Of a stretch of DNA of 24,729 nt, positions 15,934 to 24,729 are shown one piece after another. A program made the translations under genes and the position numbers. This DNA is from an uncultured virus (IMG/VR IMGVR_UViG_3300027884_000001). Lineage: Duplodnaviria > Heunggongvirae > Uroviricota > Caudoviricetes. How positions within the stretch are numbered: position 1 is the stretch's first letter; each line of letters starts with the position of its first letter. A model generated the notes under the pieces. It worked only from the letters and a program-made list of their open reading frames with translations, was not told where the DNA came from and did no database searches. The stretch lies in the IMG/VR virus record IMGVR_UViG_3300027884_000001; one strand, given 5' to 3'.

Positions 15934-17139
15934 ATGAACAACGTCACCGTCGTATACACCGTCACGCCGGCAGGTCAGACATTCGCGAACATCGACGCCG
16001 TCATCCAGGCTCCCCCTGGGCCCGGAGCGGGCGGAGTCCCTCTCCCGCTACCGACGCTGCAGTCTCTCGGTCTGCGCGTCGTGAGCGACGGCACTGCGGC
16101 CGGTGTGCGCACCGTGGAGCTTGCGTTCGGACCGAGCACGGCAGCGACGGCCACGGCGGTTCTGAGCAACGCGCAAACGCTGCGGAGCGTGACCGTCACG
16201 GGTGCAGGGATCGACTACGTCGTTCCACCGGTCGTGAGCTTCACGGGTGGCTACATCGGTGGCGCGAACCTGCCCACCTACGATAGCAACTCGATCGACG
16301 GCAACATCTCGACGTACGTCTATCCGCAGGCGCGGGCGTACCTCGATCTGCATGGCACGACGATTGTCGCAGGCGGCACGGGGTACAACGCGGGCACGGT
16401 CATCCGCTTCATCGGCGGTTTGCCTCCGGCTCTCTTTCTGCAAGATCAGTCCAACACCGACACGTTCTCTGAGATCGCTAGCCGGCCTGCCGCCAACGGT
16501 CCGCCGTACGCGCTCAACGCGATCTCGCTCGTCACGCAGGGTCGCGGCTACAGCTTCGCAACGACCGTGCAGTTCTCGGGTGGACAGCTGCAGGCGGGAG
16601 GTCACCCGGCGGCGGCGGTCATCACGAGTTTCGGTCCGAACGGCGAGATCCAAGCGATCGAGATCACGGACCCCGGGTCGCTCTACACGACGGTGCCGGA
16701 GATCTCGTTCAGCGATCCGACAAACACAACGACGACGTCAGCCTCTCGCGGCACGCAGGCCAAAGCGGTGGCGCTCATGGGCGCCGGACGTCCCGCGACG
16801 GCGACGGTGACCGTGCCTGGCGGCGTCGTGACTGTCATCACCATCACCGATGCGGGCTCGGGATACGTGTCACCGCCGAACGTGCTCATCTACGACGCCG
16901 CCGTGACGCCTGGTTCTGGCGCAGTGGTTACCGCACGTATGGGCGTCGAGCGTATCGACGTCGTCTCGCCGGGTCGCGGGTTGCAGACTGTGCCCGCGGT
17001 CGTGCTCACGCCGCTGTTCAAGTCGATGTTCCCTGACACGAGCGACCAGCGCACGCCGTTCTGGAACTTCCCGCTCAAGCAGGCGTTGCAGTCGGCCGCG
17101 GCGACGCCTGTCGTGCCGAGCGCGCCAGTGCTTTCGTAA
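15934..17139 (+). CDS. Probable virion structural protein with beta-rich GxGY repeats
   Basis: About six repeats such as ITITDAGSGYVSPPNV, IEITDPGSLYTTVPEI, VTVTGAGIDYVVPPVV; Thr/Gly/Val-rich. Confidence 0.7.
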   Translation: MNNVTVVYTVTPAGQTFANIDAVIQAPPGPGAGGVPLPLPTLQSLGLRVVSDGTAAGVRTVELAFGPSTAATATAVLSNAQTLRSVTVTGAGIDYVVPPVVSFTGGYIGGANLPTYDSNSIDGNISTYVYPQARAYLDLHGTTIVAGGTGYNAGTVIRFIGGLPPALFLQDQSNTDTFSEIASRPAANGPPYALNAISLVTQGRGYSFATTVQFSGGQLQAGGHPAAAVITSFGPNGEIQAIEITDPGSLYTTVPEISFSDPTNTTTTSASRGTQAKAVALMGAGRPATATVTVPGGVVTVITITDAGSGYVSPPNVLIYDAAVTPGSGAVVTARMGVERIDVVSPGRGLQTVPAVVLTPLFKSMFPDTSDQRTPFWNFPLKQALQSAAATPVVPSAPVLS

Positions 17140-17147
17140 GGAGTCTC

Positions 17148-18992
17148 ATGGGCATCGAGAACGAAGAGATCGACGACGACACGACCGACGAGGACGCCGC
17201 GGAGGCGCGACGCGAGTCGACGCGTACAACCGCGCCTGCGAGTCGCACGCCGACCGTTGCTGGCGTTCCGGCGAGCGTGAACCGATCTCGCTCGAGAGCG
17301 ACCGGTGTCGGCGCGGCGCCTGTCGTCCCCGTGCCCGCTGTGCCATCGGCGCCGCCAACCGCCAAAGAGGCGCCGTGGACGGATCAGGACGCCGAAGCAA
17401 TGTGGCACGAGATGCTCGGCGGCGAGCATCCGCGGTCGCTCGCGAGGCTAGGGATCACGGTCTACGACGTCATGGCCGACATCATCCCGGTAGCCAACCC
17501 GGATCTCGGAACGTCTCCGCTCGACAGCATCACACCCGACTGTTCTTCCATCGCTGGCGACGGCCAGATGTCGCCTGGCGAAGCGTTGCGTGAGCGAGTG
17601 ACCAAGCTCCACTTCGCTGTTTCCAAGGGTCGCCCCGCGCAGTGGGAAGTGCGGTTCAAGAGGCGCCTTCAGAATTCGTGGGTGCTCTACGGCAAGGGCG
17701 TCATGCGTCTTGGGGCGGCCAACGAGATCTCGGCCGCGCGCATGTCGCGCGGAGTAGGAGCTGGTCAGGTGTACCCGCAACAGCCGCCGCAATATCAGCC
17801 GCCCGCACAACCGCAGCAGCCGCCCCATGTGGGCTACGGAGCCGTTCCCGTGCAACAGCCGCCCTACCCGCCCCCGCCGCCTCAGTACCCGCAGAACGAG
17901 CCCGGAAGTCCGTGGCCGCGTCGCGATCAGCAGCCGTCGCACGATCCGGAGGTCAGTAACCTTCGTGCCGAGGTTGCAGGTCTGTCGGGTGCCGTGCGCG
18001 AGATGATGGAATTCATCCGCGGCGATAGACGCGCTCCCCCGCCGCCGGTGCAAGCGCAGCCGGCGCCTGGCGTCGGCGCTGCGCCTGCCGCTTCGCCGTG
18101 GCCGCGTCCGCAGTACCAGCCGCGCAACGAGGTCGAGGACCTTCGTGAAGAGCTGGAAGACATGCGCGACGAGCTGAACGCGTACCGTCGCACCGGCGTC
18201 GGCGGCGCGCCGCCGCGTCCGTGGTCGCCTCCGGCGCAACCCGCGGCTCAGCCCCAGCACGCTCCGGCGCAGCCGCCACCGCCGCCGCCCGCGCCGCGCG
18301 GCCCGAACGGCGAGATCTGGGTCGAATCGGCCCGCGCGTGGTGCATGCCGGTGGGAATGCAGCCCGCCGCTGCGCCCGCGCCGGTTCCGCAGCCCGCACC
18401 CCCACCGCCGCAGCAGCCAGCGCCGCAACAGGTCGGCGTCGGAGCCCCGCCCGGACAGCAAGTCTTCACCGCCGCCGCCGAGCAACTGCAGGGCATGGTG
18501 ATGGAGATGCAGGCAGGGATCATGAAGAGGGTCGTCAAGGTCGTCGCCGAGCAAGTCGGCGCGGCGTTCGGTCAGGCGCAGGCGGGTCTCGGATCGGCAG
18601 CGAGCGAGCCGGAGCCCGAGCCGGAGCCAGAGGATCCGAAGTCCGCCCTTCCGTGGGACGCCATCCCGCTCGAGGGCACCACGCTCTTCGGTCACCCGGC
18701 CAAGTACGTGACCGACAAGGAGACCGGCAAGATCAACTGGCAGGGCGTCGTCGCCGAAAATCCTGGGATCATCGAGAAGGGTGCCGAGATCCTCGGCATG
18801 GGCGCCGAGGCGCTCTCGAACTTCGCCAAGAAAGCCGCGTCCGCAGCGACCAGCGCGCAAGGCGCAGGACCACAGCAGCTGCCTGCGGGCGTCGGCGCAG
18901 CCCAGGTCGTCGAGACCATCCCGCCGACCGCTCAGGATGCGACGGCGCGCGCAAACGGGGCCGGCCGAGCCGGAGGCTTCCCGCAGGTGTAG
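17148..18992 (+). CDS. Pro/Gln-rich low-complexity protein with coiled coils and repeated GVGA motifs (614 aa)
   Basis: AAGGAG RBS; P/Q tracts, two coiled-coil-like stretches, three (S)PWP/PWS motifs, about eight G-[VYL]-G motifs. Confidence 0.85.
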   Translation: MGIENEEIDDDTTDEDAAEARRESTRTTAPASRTPTVAGVPASVNRSRSRATGVGAAPVVPVPAVPSAPPTAKEAPWTDQDAEAMWHEMLGGEHPRSLARLGITVYDVMADIIPVANPDLGTSPLDSITPDCSSIAGDGQMSPGEALRERVTKLHFAVSKGRPAQWEVRFKRRLQNSWVLYGKGVMRLGAANEISAARMSRGVGAGQVYPQQPPQYQPPAQPQQPPHVGYGAVPVQQPPYPPPPPQYPQNEPGSPWPRRDQQPSHDPEVSNLRAEVAGLSGAVREMMEFIRGDRRAPPPPVQAQPAPGVGAAPAASPWPRPQYQPRNEVEDLREELEDMRDELNAYRRTGVGGAPPRPWSPPAQPAAQPQHAPAQPPPPPPAPRGPNGEIWVESARAWCMPVGMQPAAAPAPVPQPAPPPPQQPAPQQVGVGAPPGQQVFTAAAEQLQGMVMEMQAGIMKRVVKVVAEQVGAAFGQAQAGLGSAASEPEPEPEPEDPKSALPWDAIPLEGTTLFGHPAKYVTDKETGKINWQGVVAENPGIIEKGAEILGMGAEALSNFAKKAASAATSAQGAGPQQLPAGVGAAQVVETIPPTAQDATARANGAGRAGGFPQV

Positions 18993-19013
18993 GTTTCGCG
19001 GTAGCCTACGGGC

Positions 19014-20600
19014 GTGCCTGCGCAGATCAACAGCCAGCTGGCTCCCAGAAGGATGCGTGGGCTTGGGGCGGCTGGTCCAGGTGGCATCCCCGACTTTTCG
19101 ACTCTGATCAGTACCGTCCCTTCGGCCGCAACGTCGTGGGGACAGGTCAACGCTCAGATCACGGCCGAGGGTGGCGGTGGCGGCGGTGTTCTGCAGGCGG
19201 CGCAGAGCAACTTCTACCAGACGTGGATGCAGCTGTCGCAGCAGCAGCCATCGGCCACGCCCGGCGATCTGAGCAATATCTCGAACGCAGCCGGTTCGCT
19301 GCTCATGAACACGTCGACCATCGCGGGCGCCGTGCAAAACGTCGAAGGACTCATCCAAGGAGCCACGAGCGGCAACTCCGCCGAGATCGTGCAGGCGCTC
19401 ACCGGAACCATGGTCAGCGGACTGGGTTTGGCCATCGGAGCTGGCGCAGTGTCGTTCGGCGTTGGTGCAGCGATCGTTGCTGGTTTGGAGATCGCCGCGG
19501 CCGTCTTCGGACAGATCTTCAACCAGACGGCGCCCGTAGCGACTCTCTGCGGAACGAACCTCAACTTCTCGTACAACATCGCGGTCGGGTGCGTTTGCAG
19601 CACAGGCCAGGTCGTCAAGGGTGGTCCAGGAACGAACGGAACGGTCAACCAGTACTGGCGTCGCTTTCCGGAGCCGAGCAATCAGGCGGACGCGTGGTGG
19701 TTTCAACCCGTGACCTTGCTCAACTGGAGCAGCAAGTGGACATCTGGAGCATCGAGCGATCAGTGGTACGCCATTGCTCCTAACGGTCCGCTCGGCACTC
19801 AGCTGCGACCGATCGATCTGGCGTTTCCGCAGTACCACCAGCTCGAGTGCGATCTGAACGCTGTCGCCGCCGCAGCGTCGCTGCCGGACGGTGGAGGACA
19901 GCTGACGGGCGCGTTCGCGGCGATTGCGGCGCTGCAAGGTCTGCCGCAGACGTACTCGGCGAACGACGTCGCTCTCGCGAAGTTCGTGCAGGCGTACTTC
20001 GCGGCATGGAAGGCTGCGCAGGAGTACTCACTCAACGGCATCCCGCCGAGCGCCAACGCGAACCTCGACGATGCAAGTGTGCTCGCACAGGTCGTGTCCT
20101 TCTGGAACACGGCCTATCAAACAGGTCAGACGGTCACGATCCCGCAGCGAAACACGTCGCAGAACGCGTACCAGACCGATCCGGTCCCGTACCCGCAGGC
20201 CTGTCAAGGGACGCTGAGCAGCGAGTACTTCTACGTGCAGATGCTCTTGGGGTACGTGAGCGCGAACCTTCAGTCGGCGCTGCCGCTGTCGAACGGATCG
20301 CTCGTCATCCACTCGGGCAACAAGATCTCGGTGCCGCTGGCGCCCGGAACCATCCATAGCCTTCCGCGAGGTCCACGCGTCAGAGTCGCGGCACCGTCAT
20401 CGGCGGGTACGTCGATCGCTGTAGGAGCGGCCGCTGTGCTCGTTGCCGGCGGACTTGCTGCTCTACTCTACGCGCGTCACAAGCACGTTCCGGTCAAGAC
20501 GGTGCTGCGATCGAGCTGGAACAAGACGGGCGGCCGAATTCACGTGCCGCACCACCTACCGAAGATCAAGCTGCCGAAGTCACTCAGGAGAGGGCGATGA
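19014..20600 (+). CDS. Membrane protein, probably virion-associated (528 aa)
   Basis: Internal Gly/Ala hydrophobic hairpin; C-terminal TM followed by a basic tail; TAGCCT 6 nt before the GTG. Confidence 0.8.
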   Translation: MPAQINSQLAPRRMRGLGAAGPGGIPDFSTLISTVPSAATSWGQVNAQITAEGGGGGGVLQAAQSNFYQTWMQLSQQQPSATPGDLSNISNAAGSLLMNTSTIAGAVQNVEGLIQGATSGNSAEIVQALTGTMVSGLGLAIGAGAVSFGVGAAIVAGLEIAAAVFGQIFNQTAPVATLCGTNLNFSYNIAVGCVCSTGQVVKGGPGTNGTVNQYWRRFPEPSNQADAWWFQPVTLLNWSSKWTSGASSDQWYAIAPNGPLGTQLRPIDLAFPQYHQLECDLNAVAAAASLPDGGGQLTGAFAAIAALQGLPQTYSANDVALAKFVQAYFAAWKAAQEYSLNGIPPSANANLDDASVLAQVVSFWNTAYQTGQTVTIPQRNTSQNAYQTDPVPYPQACQGTLSSEYFYVQMLLGYVSANLQSALPLSNGSLVIHSGNKISVPLAPGTIHSLPRGPRVRVAAPSSAGTSIAVGAAAVLVAGGLAALLYARHKHVPVKTVLRSSWNKTGGRIHVPHHLPKIKLPKSLRRGR

Positions 20601-21157
20601 AGAAGTCCACGGAACGAGCAGTTTGGGTCGGAGGCGCTGCGCTCGGGGCCGCTGCGCTCGTCGGCGCGGTCGTCGTGCTCACGAAGAAGTCGTCGTCGAC
20701 TCCAGGCGCATCAGGTGGCGCAGCTGCAGGCGCGAAAGGACCGAACGGTCAACCGGTGGGCATCATGCCGATCGGATCCATGTGCCCGCCGGGACAGGTC
20801 TTCGTGTCGGGCAAAGGATGCACGCCGTACGTGGCGCCTGCGCCGCCGCCGCCGCTGTCGCAATCCGGAACGAGCTTCATTCTCGATCCGAACAACCGCA
20901 CCCCGGTGGCGTACAACTACCGTGGCATCTTCAACGTGACCCTACCGCACAGCGTTTTGCCTGGCGGTCCCGTATCGAGCATCACGGCCGCGTCCTTCAC
21001 GGGCGGCGTCTCGAACCCCCTAGCAGCGTTCACGCAGTTCCCGAATTCCGGGATCGGTCTGGAGGTGTCCGCGCCTGGAACGGCGACGATCACCTGGCAG
21101 ACGCAGGCGCTCGGGCAGTCGGCGACGCAGTACACGACCGTGCTGACTTTCGTGTAG
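20597..21157 (+). CDS. N-terminally anchored membrane protein with a CPPG module
   Basis: AGGAG RBS and ATGA overlap; RAVWVGG followed by TM; GIMPIGSMCPPGQ. Confidence 0.8.
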   Translation: MKKSTERAVWVGGAALGAAALVGAVVVLTKKSSSTPGASGGAAAGAKGPNGQPVGIMPIGSMCPPGQVFVSGKGCTPYVAPAPPPPLSQSGTSFILDPNNRTPVAYNYRGIFNVTLPHSVLPGGPVSSITAASFTGGVSNPLAAFTQFPNSGIGLEVSAPGTATITWQTQALGQSATQYTTVLTFV

Positions 21158-21184
21158 GTTTGACGGCGGAACGAGAGGATCACG

Positions 21185-22450
21185 ATGGCCAACCAAGTCA
21201 ACGCGCAGCTTCAGCCGGGTGTCGCCGCTCCACGACGCGCGACGCCGCCGCCGCAGCATCGGTGCACCGTAGCGAGCGCCACGGCCATCGCGCAGCAGAT
21301 CGATAGCGGTGGCTGGCGCTACGTCGGCAGCGGCGTCGGTCAGAAGTTCATGCAGGGCTCGACCGTGAGTGTGAGCCTGCCGGACGGTTCGACCAAGGCC
21401 ATCCCGACGTGGTTCACGCACCAGGGGATGCTCGTGCTCCGGTGCCCCGTGACCGGCGAACTGTTCATGTTCACGCGGTCGACGACGCACTCGCCTGCGC
21501 GCGCTCCGCGGGGGCTCGGGACTATCGTCGCTACGATCATGTGCCCGCCTGGCAAGATCTGGAACGGCAGCGTGTGCGCCGCGCCACCGACGCTGGCGCC
21601 ATGCGAAATTTATAACCTCAATCTCACGTGGCAGCCGGCCAACGATCCGCAGCTGCCGAGCTTCATCCAACAGGGTCTCATGTCACCGCCGGACAGCAAC
21701 GGCGTTCGCACGGTGACGATCATCAACATGAGCGGTCAGGCGTGGACGCTTCCGCAAACATTCGGGCAGTACGTGATCTCCGCTGCGACTTCGGGAGGGA
21801 TCTCGACCACGGGAGCGTGCGCGGCTCCACCGCCAGCGACCGTCGTGTGTCCGCCCGGCAAGCACTGGAACGGTACCGCGTGCGTCGGCGTCATGCCGAT
21901 CGGTACGCCTTGCCCGGCAGGAACCATCGGATCGGTCATAAACGGCCGCCTCGTCTGTCAGCCGGTCGTCCACGAGACGATTCCAGCTCCGACCGGCGCG
22001 ACCGGCCCCGTAGGCACAACGAACGCCGGGATCTACACGTACGCCACGGGCCATCGCACGCAGATGACCACGAGCGTGTCTGGCGGCGGATCGCTGCCGC
22101 CAGCGTTCCTCAATCTGACGAACGCGACCGTGCAGGCGCAGATGGACTCGGTCGTGCCTGGCGCGTTCAAGATCGCCAGCGTCTCCTACGTCAACGGCAC
22201 GCTCGTCATCCTCGCGGACTACTGCGGCAAGCCGTACAACGTGCAGTCACCGCAGAGTCAGTTGGTGGGAACGACGACCGTGTCGACGACCTACCAGGAC
22301 ATGGGCGCCTCGCCCGCAGGCGTGTGTCCCGCGGCCGCATCGACGTCGATGTCGACTGGAACGAAGGTGGCGCTCGGCGTTGTCGGTGCCGCTGTTCTCG
22401 GTGGAGGAGGTTTTCTCGCGTACAAGAAGTTCGGCAAGAAGAGGCGCTGA
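21185..22450 (+). CDS. C-terminally anchored membrane protein with Cys-rich CPPG repeats (421 aa)
   Basis: CPPGKIWNGSVC, CPPGKHWNGTAC, CPAG; ends STGTKVALG-TM-KKFGKKRR. Confidence 0.8.
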   Translation: MANQVNAQLQPGVAAPRRATPPPQHRCTVASATAIAQQIDSGGWRYVGSGVGQKFMQGSTVSVSLPDGSTKAIPTWFTHQGMLVLRCPVTGELFMFTRSTTHSPARAPRGLGTIVATIMCPPGKIWNGSVCAAPPTLAPCEIYNLNLTWQPANDPQLPSFIQQGLMSPPDSNGVRTVTIINMSGQAWTLPQTFGQYVISAATSGGISTTGACAAPPPATVVCPPGKHWNGTACVGVMPIGTPCPAGTIGSVINGRLVCQPVVHETIPAPTGATGPVGTTNAGIYTYATGHRTQMTTSVSGGGSLPPAFLNLTNATVQAQMDSVVPGAFKIASVSYVNGTLVILADYCGKPYNVQSPQSQLVGTTTVSTTYQDMGASPAGVCPAAASTSMSTGTKVALGVVGAAVLGGGGFLAYKKFGKKRR

Positions 22451-22451
22451 C

Positions 22452-22784
22452 GTGTCGGGCCCTTCGCATCCAGCGTCGAGTCCACCGCGCTTCAGCGGGC
22501 CGGCCGCAGCACCGAAAGCGCCGCCGCCGCAGCTGAACTTGCAGCTGCAGCCACCGCTGAAGGAGCCGATCCAGCGCGTGGTGGCGGCGCCAGCGACCGC
22601 CGCGGCGTCAGGTCCAGCGACCCCTGCAGCGACATCGACGGGTACGAAGGTGGCGGTCGGTGCCGCCGCTGTCGCCGGGACGTCCATCGTGACCGTGGCG
22701 ATCATCAGTGCCGCAACAGGCTGGACGATCACCAAGATCTTCGACCACGCCTGGGACGCTCTGCGCGGCAAGAAGCGCCGCTGA
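22452..22784 (+). CDS. Small Pro/Ala-rich membrane protein (110 aa)
   Basis: GTG 1 nt after the previous stop; STGTKVAVG-TM...GKKRR mirrors the previous gene. Confidence 0.7.
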   Translation: MSGPSHPASSPPRFSGPAAAPKAPPPQLNLQLQPPLKEPIQRVVAAPATAAASGPATPAATSTGTKVAVGAAAVAGTSIVTVAIISAATGWTITKIFDHAWDALRGKKRR

Positions 22785-22794
22785 GCGAGCCAGC

Positions 22795-22824
22795 TTGCAC
22801 AACGGTGAGGCTCAGGCGTAGTCT
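22795..22824 (+). promoter_or_regulatory. Putative promoter TTGCAC-N18-TAGTCT
   Basis: Same -35 hexamer as at 12962; the -10 lies 6 nt before ATG 22831. Confidence 0.55.
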
Positions 22825-22830
22825 TGCGCC

Positions 22831-23127
22831 ATGGCGAAGAAGCGTTCGCGTTCTGCCGGACGAAGGCGTTCCGGCAAGATGAGTCATCGCGCTGCATGGA
22901 TCGGTGGCCTGGCGGTCGCCGGAGCAGCGGTGGCGGGTGCGGCAATCTACATGACAGAGAAGAAGGCCAACGCGGCGACGCCACAGTCTCTGCCACAGCC
23001 AGCTCCGACGCCAACGCCGCAGCCCGTTGCCAACCCGCCGTCGTCGGGGGGTGGCGTTCCTGCCAGCTCTGGCGGGGCTGCGAATAGCGGCGGCGACACG
23101 AACACGACGCCCACGAGCGGAGGCTGA
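22831..23127 (+). CDS. Small membrane protein with an Arg-rich N-terminus
   Basis: KKRSRSAGRRRS, then HRAAWIGG and TM, then a P/G/T tail. Confidence 0.75.
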   Translation: MAKKRSRSAGRRRSGKMSHRAAWIGGLAVAGAAVAGAAIYMTEKKANAATPQSLPQPAPTPTPQPVANPPSSGGGVPASSGGAANSGGDTNTTPTSGG

Positions 23128-23129
23128 TC

Positions 23130-23687
23130 ATGGCTATGCGATCGAGTCGCCGCAGCACGCGGCGCATGAGCGGCGGATCGAAGACGCGCAGGACGCGCAT
23201 GTCTCACAAGATGGGAAAGCACGGCCATCGTGCCGCGTGGATCGCGGGTACTGCGGTCGGCGCTGCAGCCATCGTTGCAGCAGTTCTCCTGCTCAAGAAC
23301 AAGAACGCCGCTGCTGCAACACCGCCGCCCGGCGTGCTGCCGCCGTCTGGCGGTGGGCCGACCACCCCGCTGCAGACGGCAGCGGTCGCGATGAACGACG
23401 ACATGAACGCGAACGGGTATCTGCAGACGAGTATGCCGGTATACAAAGCCTTCCAGACGGCTGCCGGGCTCACCGCAGACGGTTATCCCGGAACGAACAC
23501 GTACAACGCGTTGCTGGCGGCGTTGGCAAGTATCAACCCGCCCGTGACGCCATCGTCCAACTGGAACCCGGCTTACACGTTCGCTGCTGCAACTGGGTGG
23601 GACGGTGTGCATGCCCCCACAGAAAGCGTCTGGTACGCGAATTCTGGCACGGCACCCGCGAGCGGATGGCCCGCTGCCGGCAGCTGA
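23130..23687 (+). CDS. Membrane protein with an Arg-rich N-terminus and a peptidoglycan-binding-like domain
   Basis: GGAGG RBS; HRAAWIAG and TM; KAFQTAAGLTADGYPGTNTYNAL matches the PG_binding_1 pattern AFQxxxGLxxDGxxGxxTxxAL. Confidence 0.8.
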   Translation: MAMRSSRRSTRRMSGGSKTRRTRMSHKMGKHGHRAAWIAGTAVGAAAIVAAVLLLKNKNAAAATPPPGVLPPSGGGPTTPLQTAAVAMNDDMNANGYLQTSMPVYKAFQTAAGLTADGYPGTNTYNALLAALASINPPVTPSSNWNPAYTFAAATGWDGVHAPTESVWYANSGTAPASGWPAAGS

Positions 23688-23718
23688 ATCTAGGCGATCT
23701 TCGCTCGTCTAACGGATC

Positions 23719-24600
23719 GTGCGGTTCACGATCTACTGCCACACCTGCACAGCGAACGGGAAGCGATACGTCGGTCAGACGAAGCGGACGATGGAAGTCC
23801 GATGGATGCAGCACGTGCGCGACGCGAAATCGGAAGCGCGTCGTGCGCAGCGAACGGAGTGTCGCGCTATCAACAACGCGATCCGCAAGTACGGAACGGA
23901 AGCGTTCGTGCACGAAGTTCTCGATGTTGTGACAACACAGGAAGGCGCTGACATCGCCGAGGCGCGATGGATCGAGCAGCGCCGCAGTCGTTCACCTGTC
24001 GGATACAACCTCAACGCCGGTGGCGGAGGTCGCGGCAAGGTTCACGACGATACGCGGCGTACGATCAGCGAGAAGCAGAAGGCGCGGTGGGCGTCGCGCA
24101 CGCCTGAGCAGCGTCTAGCGCACATGCAACCGGCTCTGGCGGCGGTGAGCAGCGAAGAAAGATCTGCACGCATCCGCGCGATGCACGCGAAACATACGCC
24201 AGAAGAGCGCAGCGAGATGGGAAGGCAACGCATGGCGAAACTGTCGCCCGAACGACGTGTCGAGATGGCTACTGCCGCGTCATGGTCCAGGTTTGGCGGT
24301 CATCCGCCAGCGACGAAACCGCCTCGTGAACCGAAAGATCAAAGCGCAGCAGCCAAGAAGCGCGAAGAAAAGTTGGTTGGGTCGGGTCGCAGAGCTGAGA
24401 TGTCGAGAGCGATCTGGTCGTCGATGTCGCCGGAACAGCGTGAAGACGTGCGCGCGCGCATTCACGCGTCGCAGCTTGCACACAGTCCGGAAGAACGCAG
24501 CGCCGTAGCCAAGGCGGCGCAGGCGAAGTTGACACCCGAGGAGCGCAGCGATCGTGTTCGACGCGGTTGGGAGACGCGTCGCAAAAGACGACCTTCTTGA
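23719..24600 (+). CDS. GIY-YIG homing endonuclease-like protein with C-terminal [ST]PE[EQ]R repeats
   Basis: TIYCHT...KRYVGQT...RWMQH, AIRKYG, AEARWI, GYNL; NUMOD3-like segment; about seven short helical repeats. Confidence 0.88.
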   Translation: MRFTIYCHTCTANGKRYVGQTKRTMEVRWMQHVRDAKSEARRAQRTECRAINNAIRKYGTEAFVHEVLDVVTTQEGADIAEARWIEQRRSRSPVGYNLNAGGGGRGKVHDDTRRTISEKQKARWASRTPEQRLAHMQPALAAVSSEERSARIRAMHAKHTPEERSEMGRQRMAKLSPERRVEMATAASWSRFGGHPPATKPPREPKDQSAAAKKREEKLVGSGRRAEMSRAIWSSMSPEQREDVRARIHASQLAHSPEERSAVAKAAQAKLTPEERSDRVRRGWETRRKRRPS

Positions 24601-24631
24601 CGCCCCCCCCCCTCGGGCGGATGATGGCTGC

Positions 24632-24729
24632 ATGAGTTTCGAGGCCAGGTACTACGAGCGACTGCATGCGGGTGTTGGCGCACTCATCGACTGGATCTGC
24701 CCACACGACGGACAGCATCAAGTTGTCAA
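24632..24729 (+). CDS. 5' end of the next gene (partial, MSFEARYYERLHAGVGALID...)
   Basis: Open to the window edge; GATGAT-ggctgc-ATG geometry resembles the other leaderless starts; contains GVGA. Confidence 0.55.
   Translation, partial: MSFEARYYERLHAGVGALIDWICPHDGQHQVV

Noticed and set aside
17448..19937. 829-aa minus-strand ORF and 520-aa alternate-frame ORF 18221-19783
   Set aside because: Arg-rich frame artefacts of high GC overlapping better-supported genes.
23688..24631. Group I intron or intein housing the GIY-YIG (or HNH) endonuclease
   Set aside because: The flanking genes end and start normally, and the intergenic gaps are too short for a ribozyme core.

Overview
High-GC segment of a large bacterial virus or prophage-like element. 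It has no housekeeping genes and is densely packed with mostly + strand ORFs joined by ATGA/GTGA overlaps. Layout: (1) a 243-aa uncharacterised protein (178-909) followed by about 450 nt of structured non-coding sequence holding two circularly permuted tRNA-like cloverleaves, C/A-rich linkers and a 17-nt motif also present in the protein's own leader; this is the best candidate for an undescribed RNA-protein system. (2) A coupled accessory operon (1419-9204) with an HTH protein, a MazG/PRA-PH-like pyrophosphohydrolase, a Dam-family methyltransferase, an RNase AS-like DEDDh exonuclease, a nucleoside deoxyribosyltransferase-like protein, a SET-domain protein and many small Cys-rich ORFs. (3) A 1221-aa polyvalent protein whose small domains are separated by recurring A-x-E motifs, ending in a RadC-like JAB domain. 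(4) An HNH-AP2 endonuclease and a short minus-strand cluster that includes an apparently broken gene. (5) A probable virion block (15934-23687) of GxGY-repeat, Pro/Gln-rich and single-pass membrane proteins with shared motifs, then a GIY-YIG endonuclease. Several genes have a TANNNT hexamer 6-7 nt before the start codon, suggesting leaderless transcripts. All family calls come from motif recognition by eye; no searches were run.
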